The translations under genes and the position numbers were made by a program. DNA of 64,000 nt from Gemmatimonadota bacterium (GTDB lineage Bacteria; Latescibacterota; UBA2968; UBA8231), in assembly GCA_038153405.1 (NCBI GenBank), contig JAYOYH010000009.1, positions 28,725-92,724 on the forward strand, read 5' to 3'. The notes beneath the pieces were generated by a model that saw only the letters and a program-made list of their open reading frames with translations, did no database searches and had not been told where the DNA came from. Positions 39,103 to 48,419 of this stretch are shown piece by piece (within the stretch, counting starts at the first letter, position 1; every line of letters begins with the position of its first letter).

Positions 39103-39791
39103 GCGTCGCGCGAACGCCACGCGTCGCGGGCCTGCCGGCTCGCGACCTGCACGAGGCGATTTTCCTCGAGGAGATAGCCGGTAAGGGCGCGCCCGTAGAC
39201 GCAGCCGGTATCGAGGCCCAGCAGGTAGGTAGAGCCGTCGCGCTCTTTGACGACGAGGCCGCCCGGCGCATCGTGGCCAAAGATTAGCAGCGGATGCTGA
39301 GATGGCTCGTACGCATCGTGCCAGCGCGGTCCCTCAATGCGGCCTTCGACAGGCGGCCAGGTGCGGATGGCAATGAACTCCTCAAAACGCGTGCCGGACA
39401 GTCCGCGCTCTGGGTTGATGCCCGCGTGCACCAACAGAAACGCAGTGTCCTCTAGGTAGAGCGGCAGTTCGTCGAGCCAAGAACGCAGCGCGCTCCACAC
39501 CGGTTCGAGCTGGCGCAGGGCGTAGCGCTGGTCGGGTCTGGCGTGCTGCAGATCGCCTCCCAGCAGCCGATCGCCCAACTGCTGGCGCAGACGCACGTCG
39601 TGATTGCCCAGCACCATCTCTGCCTCGCATTCGCAGATGCGCTGCCAGACGCCGAGCGGATCGGGTCCGCGGGCAAAAGCGTCACCGGTCAGCAACAGGC
39701 GGTCTTGCCCAACGGCAAAGTGGGCCGCAGAAAGAAGTTCGTCGAGTTCCTCTGCACATCCGTGTACATCGCCGACGACTAGCGTGCGCAT
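39099..39791 (-). CDS. Calcineurin-like metallophosphoesterase (ApaH/PrpE-like)
   Basis: VVGDVHGC, LLLTGDAFARGPD, GNHD and VHAG motifs. Confidence 0.85.
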   Translation of the reverse strand: MRTLVVGDVHGCAEELDELLSAAHFAVGQDRLLLTGDAFARGPDPLGVWQRICECEAEMVLGNHDVRLRQQLGDRLLGGDLQHARPDQRYALRQLEPVWSALRSWLDELPLYLEDTAFLLVHAGINPERGLSGTRFEEFIAIRTWPPVEGRIEGPRWHDAYEPSQHPLLIFGHDAPGGLVVKERDGSTYLLGLDTGCVYGRALTGYLLEENRLVQVASRQARDAWRSRDA

Positions 39792-39876
39792 CGCATATCC
39801 TCTACTTGGTATTGCATCCGAACGGTGAAAAGGCTATCATAAGCCCCATATACGAACGCTGTTTAGAGCGAGCCCT

Positions 39877-41232
39877 ATGAGTGAAAACGCCGCAACACAA
39901 CCCGGAGTCAGAACAGAGCCTGCATACTGTCATGTGATGGCCAAGCCGTCGGGTTCGGTGTGCAATATTGACTGCAAATACTGTTTCTATTTGGAAAAAG
40001 AGAAGCTCTATCCGGATGCGCGCAAGAGCTGGCGCATGGAAGACGAAACGCTAGAGCTATACGTCAAGCAGTACATCGAAGCGCAGGATGTGCCGGTCGT
40101 CAACTTCGCCTGGCAGGGCGGCGAGCCGACGCTGATGGGCTTGGACTTCTTTCGCCGCGCCGTCGAACTTCAGCAGCGCTATGCCAACGGCAAGGCCGTT
40201 ACCAACGCCTTTCAGACCAACGGCATCCTGCTCGACGACGAGTGGGGCGCCTTCCTTCATGAGCAGAAATTTCTCGTCGGCCTATCGATTGATGGGCCGC
40301 GCGAATTCCACGATCGCTACCGCGTCGACAAGGGACAGAAGCCGACCTTTGATCGCGTCTACGCCGGCCTGCAAACGCTCAAGCGCCACGCGGTCGAATT
40401 CAATACGCTGACCGTGCTGCAGAACCACAACGCCGATCACCCGCTGGAAATCTACCGCTTTCTGCGCGATGAGGGCAGCGGCTTTATGCAGTTTATTCCC
40501 ATCGTCGAACGCTCGGCCGATCAGCCAGAGGACGATGGACTGGAGCTGGTCGATCCGACGTTTGAAGGCAAGGCGCTGGTGACGCGCTGGTCCGTAGGCT
40601 CGACTCAATACGGGCGTTTTTTGTGTCGGATCTTCGACGAATGGGTGCGCAACGACGTCGGTCGCGTGTTCATACAGATGTATGATACGGCGCTGGGCGC
40701 TTGGATGGGTCAGGATCCCAGTCTCTGCATCTTTGCCCGCACCTGTGGCAAGGCGCTGATTATCGAGCACAACGGCGATCTCTACTCCTGCGACCACTTC
40801 GTCTATCCAGACTATAGACTGGGCAATGTGCACGAGACATCAATCCGCGATATGGTTGCCAGTCCGCAGCAGGAGAAGTTTGGCAACGACAAGGAAGATG
40901 CGCTGCCCCAATACTGCGTCGAGTGCGACTATCGCTTTGCCTGCAACGGCGGCTGTCCCAAACAGCGCTTCACGCGCACGCCACAGGGGGAAGCCGGCCT
41001 GAACTACTTGTGCAAGGGCTACAAGATGTTTTTCTCGCACGCCGATCCCTACATGCGCTTTATGGCCAACGAAGTGGGGCGTGGGCGACCAGCGGCCAAC
41101 GTCATGCAGTGGGCGCGACAAATGGATGCGCAAAGGGATGCTGTGCGCCTGCGCGTCGATCCGGGGCGCAACGATCCGTGTCCATGTGGCAGCGGCAACA
41201 AGTATAAGCGGTGCTGTGGCAAGGCCGCTTGA
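39877..41232 (+). CDS. Anaerobic sulfatase-maturating enzyme (radical SAM/SPASM) with a C-terminal SEC-C motif
   Basis: HVMAKPSGSVCNIDCKYCFY (CxxxCxxC). SPASM cysteines (CDHFVYP, CVECDYRFACNGGCPK). The tail DPCPCGSGNKYKRCCG is a SecA-type metal-binding motif. Confidence 0.9.
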   Translation: MSENAATQPGVRTEPAYCHVMAKPSGSVCNIDCKYCFYLEKEKLYPDARKSWRMEDETLELYVKQYIEAQDVPVVNFAWQGGEPTLMGLDFFRRAVELQQRYANGKAVTNAFQTNGILLDDEWGAFLHEQKFLVGLSIDGPREFHDRYRVDKGQKPTFDRVYAGLQTLKRHAVEFNTLTVLQNHNADHPLEIYRFLRDEGSGFMQFIPIVERSADQPEDDGLELVDPTFEGKALVTRWSVGSTQYGRFLCRIFDEWVRNDVGRVFIQMYDTALGAWMGQDPSLCIFARTCGKALIIEHNGDLYSCDHFVYPDYRLGNVHETSIRDMVASPQQEKFGNDKEDALPQYCVECDYRFACNGGCPKQRFTRTPQGEAGLNYLCKGYKMFFSHADPYMRFMANEVGRGRPAANVMQWARQMDAQRDAVRLRVDPGRNDPCPCGSGNKYKRCCGKAA

Positions 41233-41297
41233 GCCGAGTCCAGTGCAATGTAACCCGGCCCGACGGGCCTCAGAACGATTTGAACGGGAGTGGGCAA

Positions 41298-42197
41298 ATG
41301 ATCGATATCCAGTTGCAACCGGAAGAAAACAAGGCGGTCGTGACAGTCGACGGCGCGCTCTTTACGGAGTATCGCTACGGCCACTATGCGTGCCGGCCCT
41401 ATTTTTACCCGCTGCACACGCCAGATGGTCAGGGCCTAACGCGCGCCTATCCGATGGAAGACGTCGAAGGTGAGAACCAGGATCACTACCACCATCGCAG
41501 CGTCTATACGGCGCACGGTCTGGTCAACGGCTATAACCTGTGGGACGAAGGCACCAACCACGGCGCCATGCTGCAGCGGGGCCAGCCCGTAGTCGGCGTC
41601 GTCGATGGCGTTGCGCAGATCGATGGCATCGTCGACTGGTACGGTCCAGAAGGTCAGAAACTGCTGGAAGAGCGGCGGAGTATTTCCATTCGCGTCGATG
41701 GCCAACTGCGCATTATCGATCAGCGCAGTGCGTTTCGCGCCGTTTACGGCGATGTGACCTTTGGCGATACGAAAGAGGGCGGACTTTACTCCATTCGCGT
41801 GCCGACATCGATGGACGCCAAAGACCATGGGCGCATCGAAAACGCCGAGGGCCAGGTGTTTGAAAACGGCGAAGGCAAGGAAGAAACGTGGGGTGTGCAG
41901 GCGGCTTGGGTCGACTATTCGGGGCCGCTGGCCAGCGGACAGCAGTGGGGCCACACCGTCGTCGACCACAAGGATAATCCGCTTTTCCCCACCTATTGGC
42001 ACGTGCGCGGTTACGGACTGTTTACCGCTAATCCCTTTGGCGTGCACGATTTCAAGAGCGACGACAGCATCGATGCCAGCTGGACGATTCCCGGCGGTCA
42101 GCAGCGCGTCTTCCGCTTTCGCCACATCGTGCATCCGGGTCGCGGTGTCGATGGGCACGCCGCGGTCAGAGCGCATATCGCGGCATTCCAGCAATAG
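41298..42197 (+). CDS. PmoA-family (DUF6807) protein
   Basis: RPYFYPLHTPDG and NQDHYHHRSVYTAHGLVNGYNLWDE motifs. Start trimmed to ATG 41298 (MIDIQLQ). Confidence 0.72.
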   Translation: MIDIQLQPEENKAVVTVDGALFTEYRYGHYACRPYFYPLHTPDGQGLTRAYPMEDVEGENQDHYHHRSVYTAHGLVNGYNLWDEGTNHGAMLQRGQPVVGVVDGVAQIDGIVDWYGPEGQKLLEERRSISIRVDGQLRIIDQRSAFRAVYGDVTFGDTKEGGLYSIRVPTSMDAKDHGRIENAEGQVFENGEGKEETWGVQAAWVDYSGPLASGQQWGHTVVDHKDNPLFPTYWHVRGYGLFTANPFGVHDFKSDDSIDASWTIPGGQQRVFRFRHIVHPGRGVDGHAAVRAHIAAFQQ

Positions 42198-42218
42198 GTC
42201 TCCGCTCAGTCTGCAGGA

Positions 42219-42244
42219 GGCGCGTAGCTTGTTGACTACGCGCC
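42219..42244 (+). other. 9-bp perfect hairpin GGCGCGTAG-n8-CTACGCGCC without a U-tract
   Basis: Inverted repeat seen directly, located 22 nt after the PmoA-family stop. Confidence 0.6.
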
Positions 42245-42398
42245 CCCATCGCATATGCAGCACGCGTGTGGCGGCGCTGGCTGCCAGCTAACAATGCGCC
42301 TCTCTTGCCGCCAGCGCAAAGCCCGTTAACTTATCTGCTACACTGCATTACACACCATAACTAGCTAACTCAGCTACCAGCACGAAAAAAGGGGAAAA

Positions 42399-43445
42399 AT
42401 GGGCAAGAAAAAACTGCGCGTTGCCTTTATTGGCGCCGGCGGTATTGCCGGAGCGCACATGCGCTATTTCAAGGATATGGACGACGTCGAAATGGTGGCC
42501 GCATCCGACGTGGTAGCCGATAGTGTGCAGCGGCGCTGCGAGGAGTTTGGCATCGGCGAAGCGTTTACTGACTACAAGAAGATGCTGAAGACCGTCAAAC
42601 CCGATGCCGTAAGCGTTTGCACGCCCAATGGCCTGCACGCCCCCTGCTCAATTGCCGCACTCAATGCCGGTGCCCATGTCATCGTCGAGAAGCCGCTGGC
42701 GATGAACGCGCGCGAGGGGCAGAAGATGCTCGATGCGGCCAAGAAAAATCGCCGTAAACTCGTCATCGGCTTTCAGTATCGCTTTGATTCCAAAACAGCT
42801 TTTGTCAAAAATGCCGTCGATAGGGGCCAAATGGGCAAGGTCGTCTACGCTCGCGTGCATGCCCTGCGTCGCCGCGGTATCCCCAATTGGGGCGTCTTTG
42901 GCCGCAAGGACCTGCAGGGTGGTGGGCCGATGATCGACATTGGCGTACACGCCCTAGAAATGACGCACTTCGTCATGGGTTCGCCCAAGCCGGTGGCGGC
43001 CAGCGGCAGCACCTACACCTATTTGGGAGACAAGAAGTCCGACGTGGTTTCGCAGTGGCCCAACTGGGATTACAAGACCTACACCGTTGAAGACCTGGCC
43101 GTTGGTTTAATTCGCTTTGACAACGGCGCGACGCTACACTTAGAAGCCAGTTTCGCCGCCCATATCGAAAAAAACGCTTGGAATTTCACTATCATGGGTG
43201 AGAAGGGCGGTGCATCGTGGGATCCACCTGGCCTGTTCAGCGACGAGAACAACTACATGGTTAACACGGAACCCAACTGGCTGCCGAATACGGACGCGTT
43301 TGCAGCGAAGATGCGCAACTTCGTCGATCACGTTCTGTACAACCAGCCGACCATGGCGCCGGGCGAGCACGGCCTGATGGTGCAGAAGATGCTCGACGGC
43401 ATCTACGAGTCGGCCGCCAAGGGTAGGGAAATCGCTATTAAATAA
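42399..43445 (+). CDS. Gfo/Idh/MocA-family oxidoreductase
   Basis: LRVAFIGAGGIAGAH Rossmann motif and EKPLA motif. 348 aa. Confidence 0.9.
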   Translation: MGKKKLRVAFIGAGGIAGAHMRYFKDMDDVEMVAASDVVADSVQRRCEEFGIGEAFTDYKKMLKTVKPDAVSVCTPNGLHAPCSIAALNAGAHVIVEKPLAMNAREGQKMLDAAKKNRRKLVIGFQYRFDSKTAFVKNAVDRGQMGKVVYARVHALRRRGIPNWGVFGRKDLQGGGPMIDIGVHALEMTHFVMGSPKPVAASGSTYTYLGDKKSDVVSQWPNWDYKTYTVEDLAVGLIRFDNGATLHLEASFAAHIEKNAWNFTIMGEKGGASWDPPGLFSDENNYMVNTEPNWLPNTDAFAAKMRNFVDHVLYNQPTMAPGEHGLMVQKMLDGIYESAAKGREIAIK

Positions 43446-43465
43446 GAGGCCGTCTGTCGATTCGG

Positions 43466-43497
43466 GAACCGGCTCCAGAGCGGGGCCGGTTCTTTCT
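43466..43497 (+). terminator. Intrinsic terminator after the oxidoreductase gene
   Basis: GAACCGGC-n11-GCCGGTTC followed by TTTCT. Confidence 0.65.
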
Positions 43498-43569
43498 GAT
43501 CGAGCTCGATCACTGTTTATAGTTTATTTTTTTGCATTGAGTCCGATAAGATAAGGCAGGAGGAAACCC

Positions 43570-44046
43570 GTGATGAGTATACAAAAGACAGTGAAGTTCC
43601 TGCTCTGCTGCGCACTGTTTACGAGTGCTGCAGTCTGGGCAGAAGATGAGCAAAGTGGCGAAGGACGCATCGAGTATCGCGAAAAGGTAATGAAAGTCCT
43701 GGCGGCTCAGTCGGGTGCCGTTGGCGATATTCTCAAATACAAGCTGTCCTACGGCGGCGATATCCTCGTGCACGCCAAGGGCCTGCAGGCGGCTAGCAAA
43801 CTAGTGATGCCCTCGTTCAAGGCCAAGGCGATGAAAGACGGGGGCGGCGCCCGTGCGGAAATCTGGGAGAAGTGGGAAGAATACGTCGCGGCAGCGAAGG
43901 TGCTCGAGGATGCTACCAATGAGTTGGTAGTCGCTGCTGAGAAGGGAGATATGAAGGCGGTCGGCGCGGCGATGCGCGCCGTCGGTGGGTCCTGCGGCAA
44001 CTGCCACAGGCCATTTCGCAACAAACACGATCACCACGATCACTAG
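43570..44046 (+). CDS. Class II cytochrome c (cytochrome c' / c-556-like four-helix bundle)
   Basis: Signal peptide, helical body, and a single haem motif CGNCH close to the C-terminus, as in class II cytochromes c. His-rich tail HDHHDH. AGGAGG RBS. Confidence 0.8.
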   Translation: MMSIQKTVKFLLCCALFTSAAVWAEDEQSGEGRIEYREKVMKVLAAQSGAVGDILKYKLSYGGDILVHAKGLQAASKLVMPSFKAKAMKDGGGARAEIWEKWEEYVAAAKVLEDATNELVVAAEKGDMKAVGAAMRAVGGSCGNCHRPFRNKHDHHDH

Positions 44047-44086
44047 TCCACATGCTCTAAACGGCGCGTGGGCATATAGTATGAGG

Positions 44087-44121
44087 AGCGCGGGGTAGAT
44101 TGCATACAGCCCCGCGCTTTT
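44087..44121 (+). terminator. Hairpin AGCGCGGGG-n14-CCCCGCGCT plus TTTT between the two cytochrome genes (terminator/attenuator)
   Basis: 9-bp GC stem seen directly. Its T-run abuts the start region of the dihaem cytochrome gene. Confidence 0.5.
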
Positions 44122-44125
44122 GCGT

Positions 44126-45016
44126 ATGAAGCGAATACGCCGTATGGTCCTTTGGGGGCTATGGGGTCTGTATACAGCGGCGGCCCAGGCCCAGTCGCCC
44201 ATTGAGCGCGGCGAGTATCTGTTTCGCGCTAGCGGCGGCTGTAGTTGCCATACCGACTTGGCCAATGGCGGTGCGTTTATGGCCGGCGGCCGCGCGATCG
44301 CAACGCCGTTTGGCTCCATTTATTCCACCAATATTACGCCAGACGCCGAGACGGGTATCGGTCGCTGGAGCGATGCCGATTTTGTGCGCGCCATGCGCGA
44401 GGGGATTGCGCCAGATGGCTCGCACTACTATCCGGTTTTTCCCTACACGTCCTTTGCGCGCATGCGCGAACGCGACGTTCTCGACTTAAAGGCTTATTTG
44501 TTTAGCCTACCAGCAGTCAGCAAAGAAAATCGCGCAAACGAATTGCCGCCGCCTTTTAGCTGGCGCTTTGTGCTCTCGCTGTGGAAAGCGCTGCATTTTT
44601 CCGCGGGCGAGCACCAGGCCGATGCCAGCCAGTCGGCACAGTGGAATCGCGGTGCCTACTTGGTCGAAGCGCTGGCGCACTGTGCGGAGTGCCACACGCC
44701 GCGGACGGCAACGGGAGGCCTACTAGGCGATATGGCTTTTGCCGGCTCGGTCGAGGGGCCGGAGGGCGAATGGGCGCCGAATATTACGCCGGATAGCACT
44801 ACGGGCGTGGGGACGTGGAGCAAACCGGATATGACCTGGTATCTGCAGACCGGCCTAGAGCCAGACGGCGATTCGGCACAGGGGCTGATGTGGGAAGTTA
44901 TCGAGCAGGGCTATCAGCACCTCAGCGAAGAAGATCTCGGCGCCATAGCCACGTACTTGCAATCCCTCAACTCCATTGAGAACGCCTTGGGCAAAGAGCG
45001 GGCTGCGGCCGATTAA
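44126..45016 (+). CDS. Dihaem cytochrome c
   Basis: Signal peptide MKRIRRMVLWGLWGLYTAAAQA and two CxxCH motifs (CSCH, CAECH). It resembles cytochrome subunits of membrane dehydrogenases. The listed ORF starts at TTG 44120. Confidence 0.85.
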   Translation: MKRIRRMVLWGLWGLYTAAAQAQSPIERGEYLFRASGGCSCHTDLANGGAFMAGGRAIATPFGSIYSTNITPDAETGIGRWSDADFVRAMREGIAPDGSHYYPVFPYTSFARMRERDVLDLKAYLFSLPAVSKENRANELPPPFSWRFVLSLWKALHFSAGEHQADASQSAQWNRGAYLVEALAHCAECHTPRTATGGLLGDMAFAGSVEGPEGEWAPNITPDSTTGVGTWSKPDMTWYLQTGLEPDGDSAQGLMWEVIEQGYQHLSEEDLGAIATYLQSLNSIENALGKERAAAD

Positions 45017-45302
45017 CGGGAAGCACTCCGCTGCGCACGTACTGCGTCTCGCGCAATTCTGGCGCGTAGCGACTTGGCCCCAGCAGCTGCGGCAGCGCCG
45101 CGTCGTCCTCATCGGTTCCGGCCAGGTCAAACTGGTCGCCCCTATCCCAACCCATTCGCTCGGCAAAGAGGCGGTCGTATATGAGGCGGAGCCGCTCGAC
45201 TTCTTCGCCGGCGATAAGCGCGTTGAGGGCGAGAAAGCCATCGCGGTGGAATTGTTCGATCTGACCTTGGGTCAGTTCGGTAGTAAGTGCACTCATTGCC
45301 AT
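44967..45302 (-). pseudogene. 5' fragment of a phytanoyl-CoA dioxygenase (PhyH)-family gene
   Basis: The first ~85 aa or so (LTQGQIEQFHRDGFLALNALI ... GDQFDLAG ... LPQLLGP) look like a PhyH N-terminus. No HxD...H iron ligands follow, and the frame runs 50 bp into the convergent cytochrome gene and stops. The start is coupled to the upstream gene's stop (ATGA at 45293-45296). Confidence 0.5.
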
Positions 45303-46069
45303 TCCCCCAAGATGGCGCGCACGAGGGCTAAGCTATTGCTGAGCGCGGCGACCGGGTCGGGTAGGGTGGGATGGAGTTCTAAGCTAATGGGGCCCGTGTA
45401 GGCACTCTCGTCGAGGGCTAGGAGGAGGTCGCGCAGCGCGGTGCGGGTTAGCACGCCGTCGCCCAGCGCCCAGTGCAGGTCGCTGCGGCCGTCGTTGTCG
45501 TCGAGGTGCACGTAGCCAAGGCGTCTGCCTGCTCGGGCAATGACGGCGGCAGGATCTTCACCGGAAATCTGCAGGTGCCCGCTGTCCATTAGCAGGTAGA
45601 GGTTGTCGTGGGCGAGGGCTTCCAAATAGTCGAGCGTGCCGGCCGCCGTCGGCAGCGCTTTGCCGGGAAAGTGCTCGACGCCGAGCGCAATATGGCGCGC
45701 GGCGGCCATATCGGCGATTGCGACCAGGCTTTCGCCAAAATAGCCGAGCAGGTCGCTGTCGTCGCCCGGCACGACGTAGGCCGTGTCGATTTGGCTGTTG
45801 GCGGCTTGATCGAGACCTCGCTCCACGTGATCAATGGAGCGCTGGCGTGCGGTGGCATCGCCGCTGTCGAGCGCGGCTCCTGCATCCATATTGAACGACA
45901 GGCCCACGCAGCGCATGCGCATACCGAGCGCATTGACCCGCGCTCGCACAGAGGAACTGGTATAGGTCTGCGCCTGCACGTCGAGTTGGGCAAAGCCCAA
46001 GTCGGCGAGGCGTTGCAGTGCCTCTTCTTCGGGAGAGGGCAGGGCCCAGGCACAACAGGAGATATCCAT
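45293..46069 (-). CDS. Sugar phosphate isomerase/epimerase (xylose isomerase-like TIM barrel)
   Basis: 258 aa with a family-typical layout (LGF..L, GVEHFPG, GYVHLDDNDG, SLELHP). Confidence 0.8.
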   Translation of the reverse strand: MDISCCAWALPSPEEEALQRLADLGFAQLDVQAQTYTSSSVRARVNALGMRMRCVGLSFNMDAGAALDSGDATARQRSIDHVERGLDQAANSQIDTAYVVPGDDSDLLGYFGESLVAIADMAAARHIALGVEHFPGKALPTAAGTLDYLEALAHDNLYLLMDSGHLQISGEDPAAVIARAGRRLGYVHLDDNDGRSDLHWALGDGVLTRTALRDLLLALDESAYTGPISLELHPTLPDPVAALSNSLALVRAILGEWQ

Positions 46070-46081
46070 GGTAGACCTTTC

Positions 46082-46882
46082 TTACTGGCCGCAGTCGATG
46101 CGTCCAAAGCAAAAGCGCCGCGTCTTTTTGACGATGGCAAAGCCAAGCGCTTCGAGCGTGCGTCCCGGCATGGAGTCTTTCATTAGCACGGCTCGGCGCG
46201 CCACGCGCACGGCTTGGTCGATATCGCTCGACTGCGGTGTGCCCGGTTCGGCGAAGGTGCGCACCAAGTCTAGCCCGTTGGACGCGGTGACGGTTTGGCA
46301 AAACATAGGATCGAAATAGACTACGTCAAAAGAGGCATCGGCGCAGGTCGGCAGGATGTCCTGATAGTGAGCGTTAGAAACCCGCACGCGGCGCATTGCG
46401 TTGGTGACGGCCGTATGCACGGGATGCTGGTAGGTTTGCATGCCGCGGCGAGTTAGCAGAGCCAGCAGCGGCGACGCTTCGAGCGCGTGGACTTCGCCGT
46501 CGACTCCGACTGCGTGGGCGGCGGCAATGGCGTCGGAGCCCAGTCCGCAGGTGCAGTCGAGCAGGCGATCGCCCGGCGCTAGCTGTGCGAGGTCGACGAG
46601 CGTGTCGCGGCGGCCGCGCAGCAGATTGACGATGCGCAGCACGGCCGCGTTCGGGTGATGCTGGAGGCGCGCCTGGCCGACGTGGACGACTAAACGGCAG
46701 CGGCCGACCACGATGAGCGCATCGACGTGCAGTGCCTGCACGGCATCTTCGAGCCGGCCTTCGGGGCGCGGCCAATAGGGACAGGCCATTTCCGCGGCAA
46801 TGGCCAAGGCCTGCTGGCGCAGCGCTTCATCGGCACGAGCGCTGCAGGTAACGGCTAGCGTGGGCATATCAGACAGAGGCAT
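46082..46882 (-). CDS. Class I SAM-dependent methyltransferase, RsmJ (16S rRNA m2G1516)-like
   Basis: LLDCTCGLGSDAIAAA (compare DATAGLGRDAF) and VVYFDPMF (compare VVYLDPMF) motifs. Start is ATG 46882 or 46867. Confidence 0.7.
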   Translation of the reverse strand: MPLSDMPTLAVTCSARADEALRQQALAIAAEMACPYWPRPEGRLEDAVQALHVDALIVVGRCRLVVHVGQARLQHHPNAAVLRIVNLLRGRRDTLVDLAQLAPGDRLLDCTCGLGSDAIAAAHAVGVDGEVHALEASPLLALLTRRGMQTYQHPVHTAVTNAMRRVRVSNAHYQDILPTCADASFDVVYFDPMFCQTVTASNGLDLVRTFAEPGTPQSSDIDQAVRVARRAVLMKDSMPGRTLEALGFAIVKKTRRFCFGRIDCGQ

Positions 46883-47055
46883 AGCATCTTTTGGGGTGCG
46901 CGCAGCGAGAGAAAACAGGTATAAAAGTTTCGCTATTGCCGGATGCACCGGCAAATGCAATGGCCATCTCAGCTCTCTTTGCAAAAGCGGGAGGCGCGTT
47001 GATATTTACGTATAGTGCACGTGTCGTGCACGGGAAAAATCGGCCGCGCGCTGGC

Positions 47056-48387
47056 ATGCGGCTAAATAGGGGATTGAGGATGAGATACGGCATCGCCTTT
47101 TGTGCACTATTCCTGCTGGCCTGCGGCGGGGCCGATGCGCCAACCGTGCGCTCGGTCGACCTAGAACAGGTCGACCCGACAGGTCAGCAGGTGACGTTCT
47201 GGTACCAGCACACGCTCCAACGCGAGGAATTGCTCAAGCAGATGTTGGCTGAGTATACGGCTACCAATCCGCACGGGATCGAGGTGCGCGGCGAGTATGC
47301 GGGGAATTATCGAGATATCTTTAACAAAATGCTGGTCGGCATGCAGGGGGGCGTGCTGCCCGACCTGGTCGTCGCCTACAACAACCAAGCCTACACCTAC
47401 TATAGCAACGGCGGTGCAATTGATTTAGTGCCGTATATGGATTCGCCCCAATGGGGTCTGAGCGCGTCTGCGCGCGCCGATTATTTCCCTTCGTTTTTGC
47501 GCGAGGATAATTTTGACGGCGCTCAGGTCGCGCTAACGCCCAACCGCTCGTTAGAAGTCATGTACTACAACGTCGACTGGCTGCGTGAAATGGGCTATGC
47601 GCAGCCGCCTGAGCGCTGGGAGGACTTTGCCGAGATGTGCCGCCGCGCGCGCAATCGGCCCTTCAGCGGACGAGTCAACGAGGGCCAGAGCACGGGATTT
47701 ATGCTCGACGACGACGCCAGTCAACTCGCCTCGCTGGTGTTTAGTCGCGGCGGGCGCTTTATGGATGAGGCGCGTTTGGCCTATCGCTTTAATGGAGACG
47801 AAGTGCGCGCTTCGCTGGAACTGGTGCGCCAGCTCAAACGCGAAGGAGCGGCCGCCTTGAAGATTGACGAAGGCGCAGATATGGCGGGTTTTGCCACCGG
47901 CAATGTACTGTGTTTTCTCGCCTCTTCGACCGGCATACCCTATGTGAAGAATGCCGTCGATGCCGGCGCGCGCTTTACTTGGGTGCTGGCCCCACCGCCG
48001 CGCACAGTAGCCGATCCAGTAGTCAATATTTATGGGGCCAGCATCGCCCTGGCTAAATCGACGCCGGAGCGCCAACTGGCGTCCTGGCTTTTTCTCAAGT
48101 GGTTTACCGAACCGGCACAGCAGGCGCGCTGGGTAGAGGTCAGCGGCTATTTTCCGGTGCGGCGCAGCACCGCCGAGTCGCTCGCAGCGTATATGCAGTC
48201 CAACCCAGAATATGCCAGAGCCTATGGTTGGCTAGACAATGCACAGGCCGAGCCGGGGGTTATGGGCTACGAGCGCGTGCGGAGGTTGGTGGCGCAGATG
48301 ATGGTTAGCGTGCTGGAGGACGGCGATCTAACCGCCGAACTGGTCGATCTCGACGAGAAGGCCAATGCGACGTTGAGCGAGTTCTAA
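47056..48387 (+). CDS. ABC-transporter extracellular solute-binding lipoprotein (family 1, sugar-type)
   Basis: Lipobox FLLACGG. QVTFWYQH ... motifs typical of family 1 binding proteins. Alternative start at ATG 47080. No permease or ATPase gene is adjacent. Confidence 0.82.
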   Translation: MRLNRGLRMRYGIAFCALFLLACGGADAPTVRSVDLEQVDPTGQQVTFWYQHTLQREELLKQMLAEYTATNPHGIEVRGEYAGNYRDIFNKMLVGMQGGVLPDLVVAYNNQAYTYYSNGGAIDLVPYMDSPQWGLSASARADYFPSFLREDNFDGAQVALTPNRSLEVMYYNVDWLREMGYAQPPERWEDFAEMCRRARNRPFSGRVNEGQSTGFMLDDDASQLASLVFSRGGRFMDEARLAYRFNGDEVRASLELVRQLKREGAAALKIDEGADMAGFATGNVLCFLASSTGIPYVKNAVDAGARFTWVLAPPPRTVADPVVNIYGASIALAKSTPERQLASWLFLKWFTEPAQQARWVEVSGYFPVRRSTAESLAAYMQSNPEYARAYGWLDNAQAEPGVMGYERVRRLVAQMMVSVLEDGDLTAELVDLDEKANATLSEF

Positions 48388-48419
48388 AGGGCAACGCGGC
48401 CGATATGCGGCCCGCCGTA

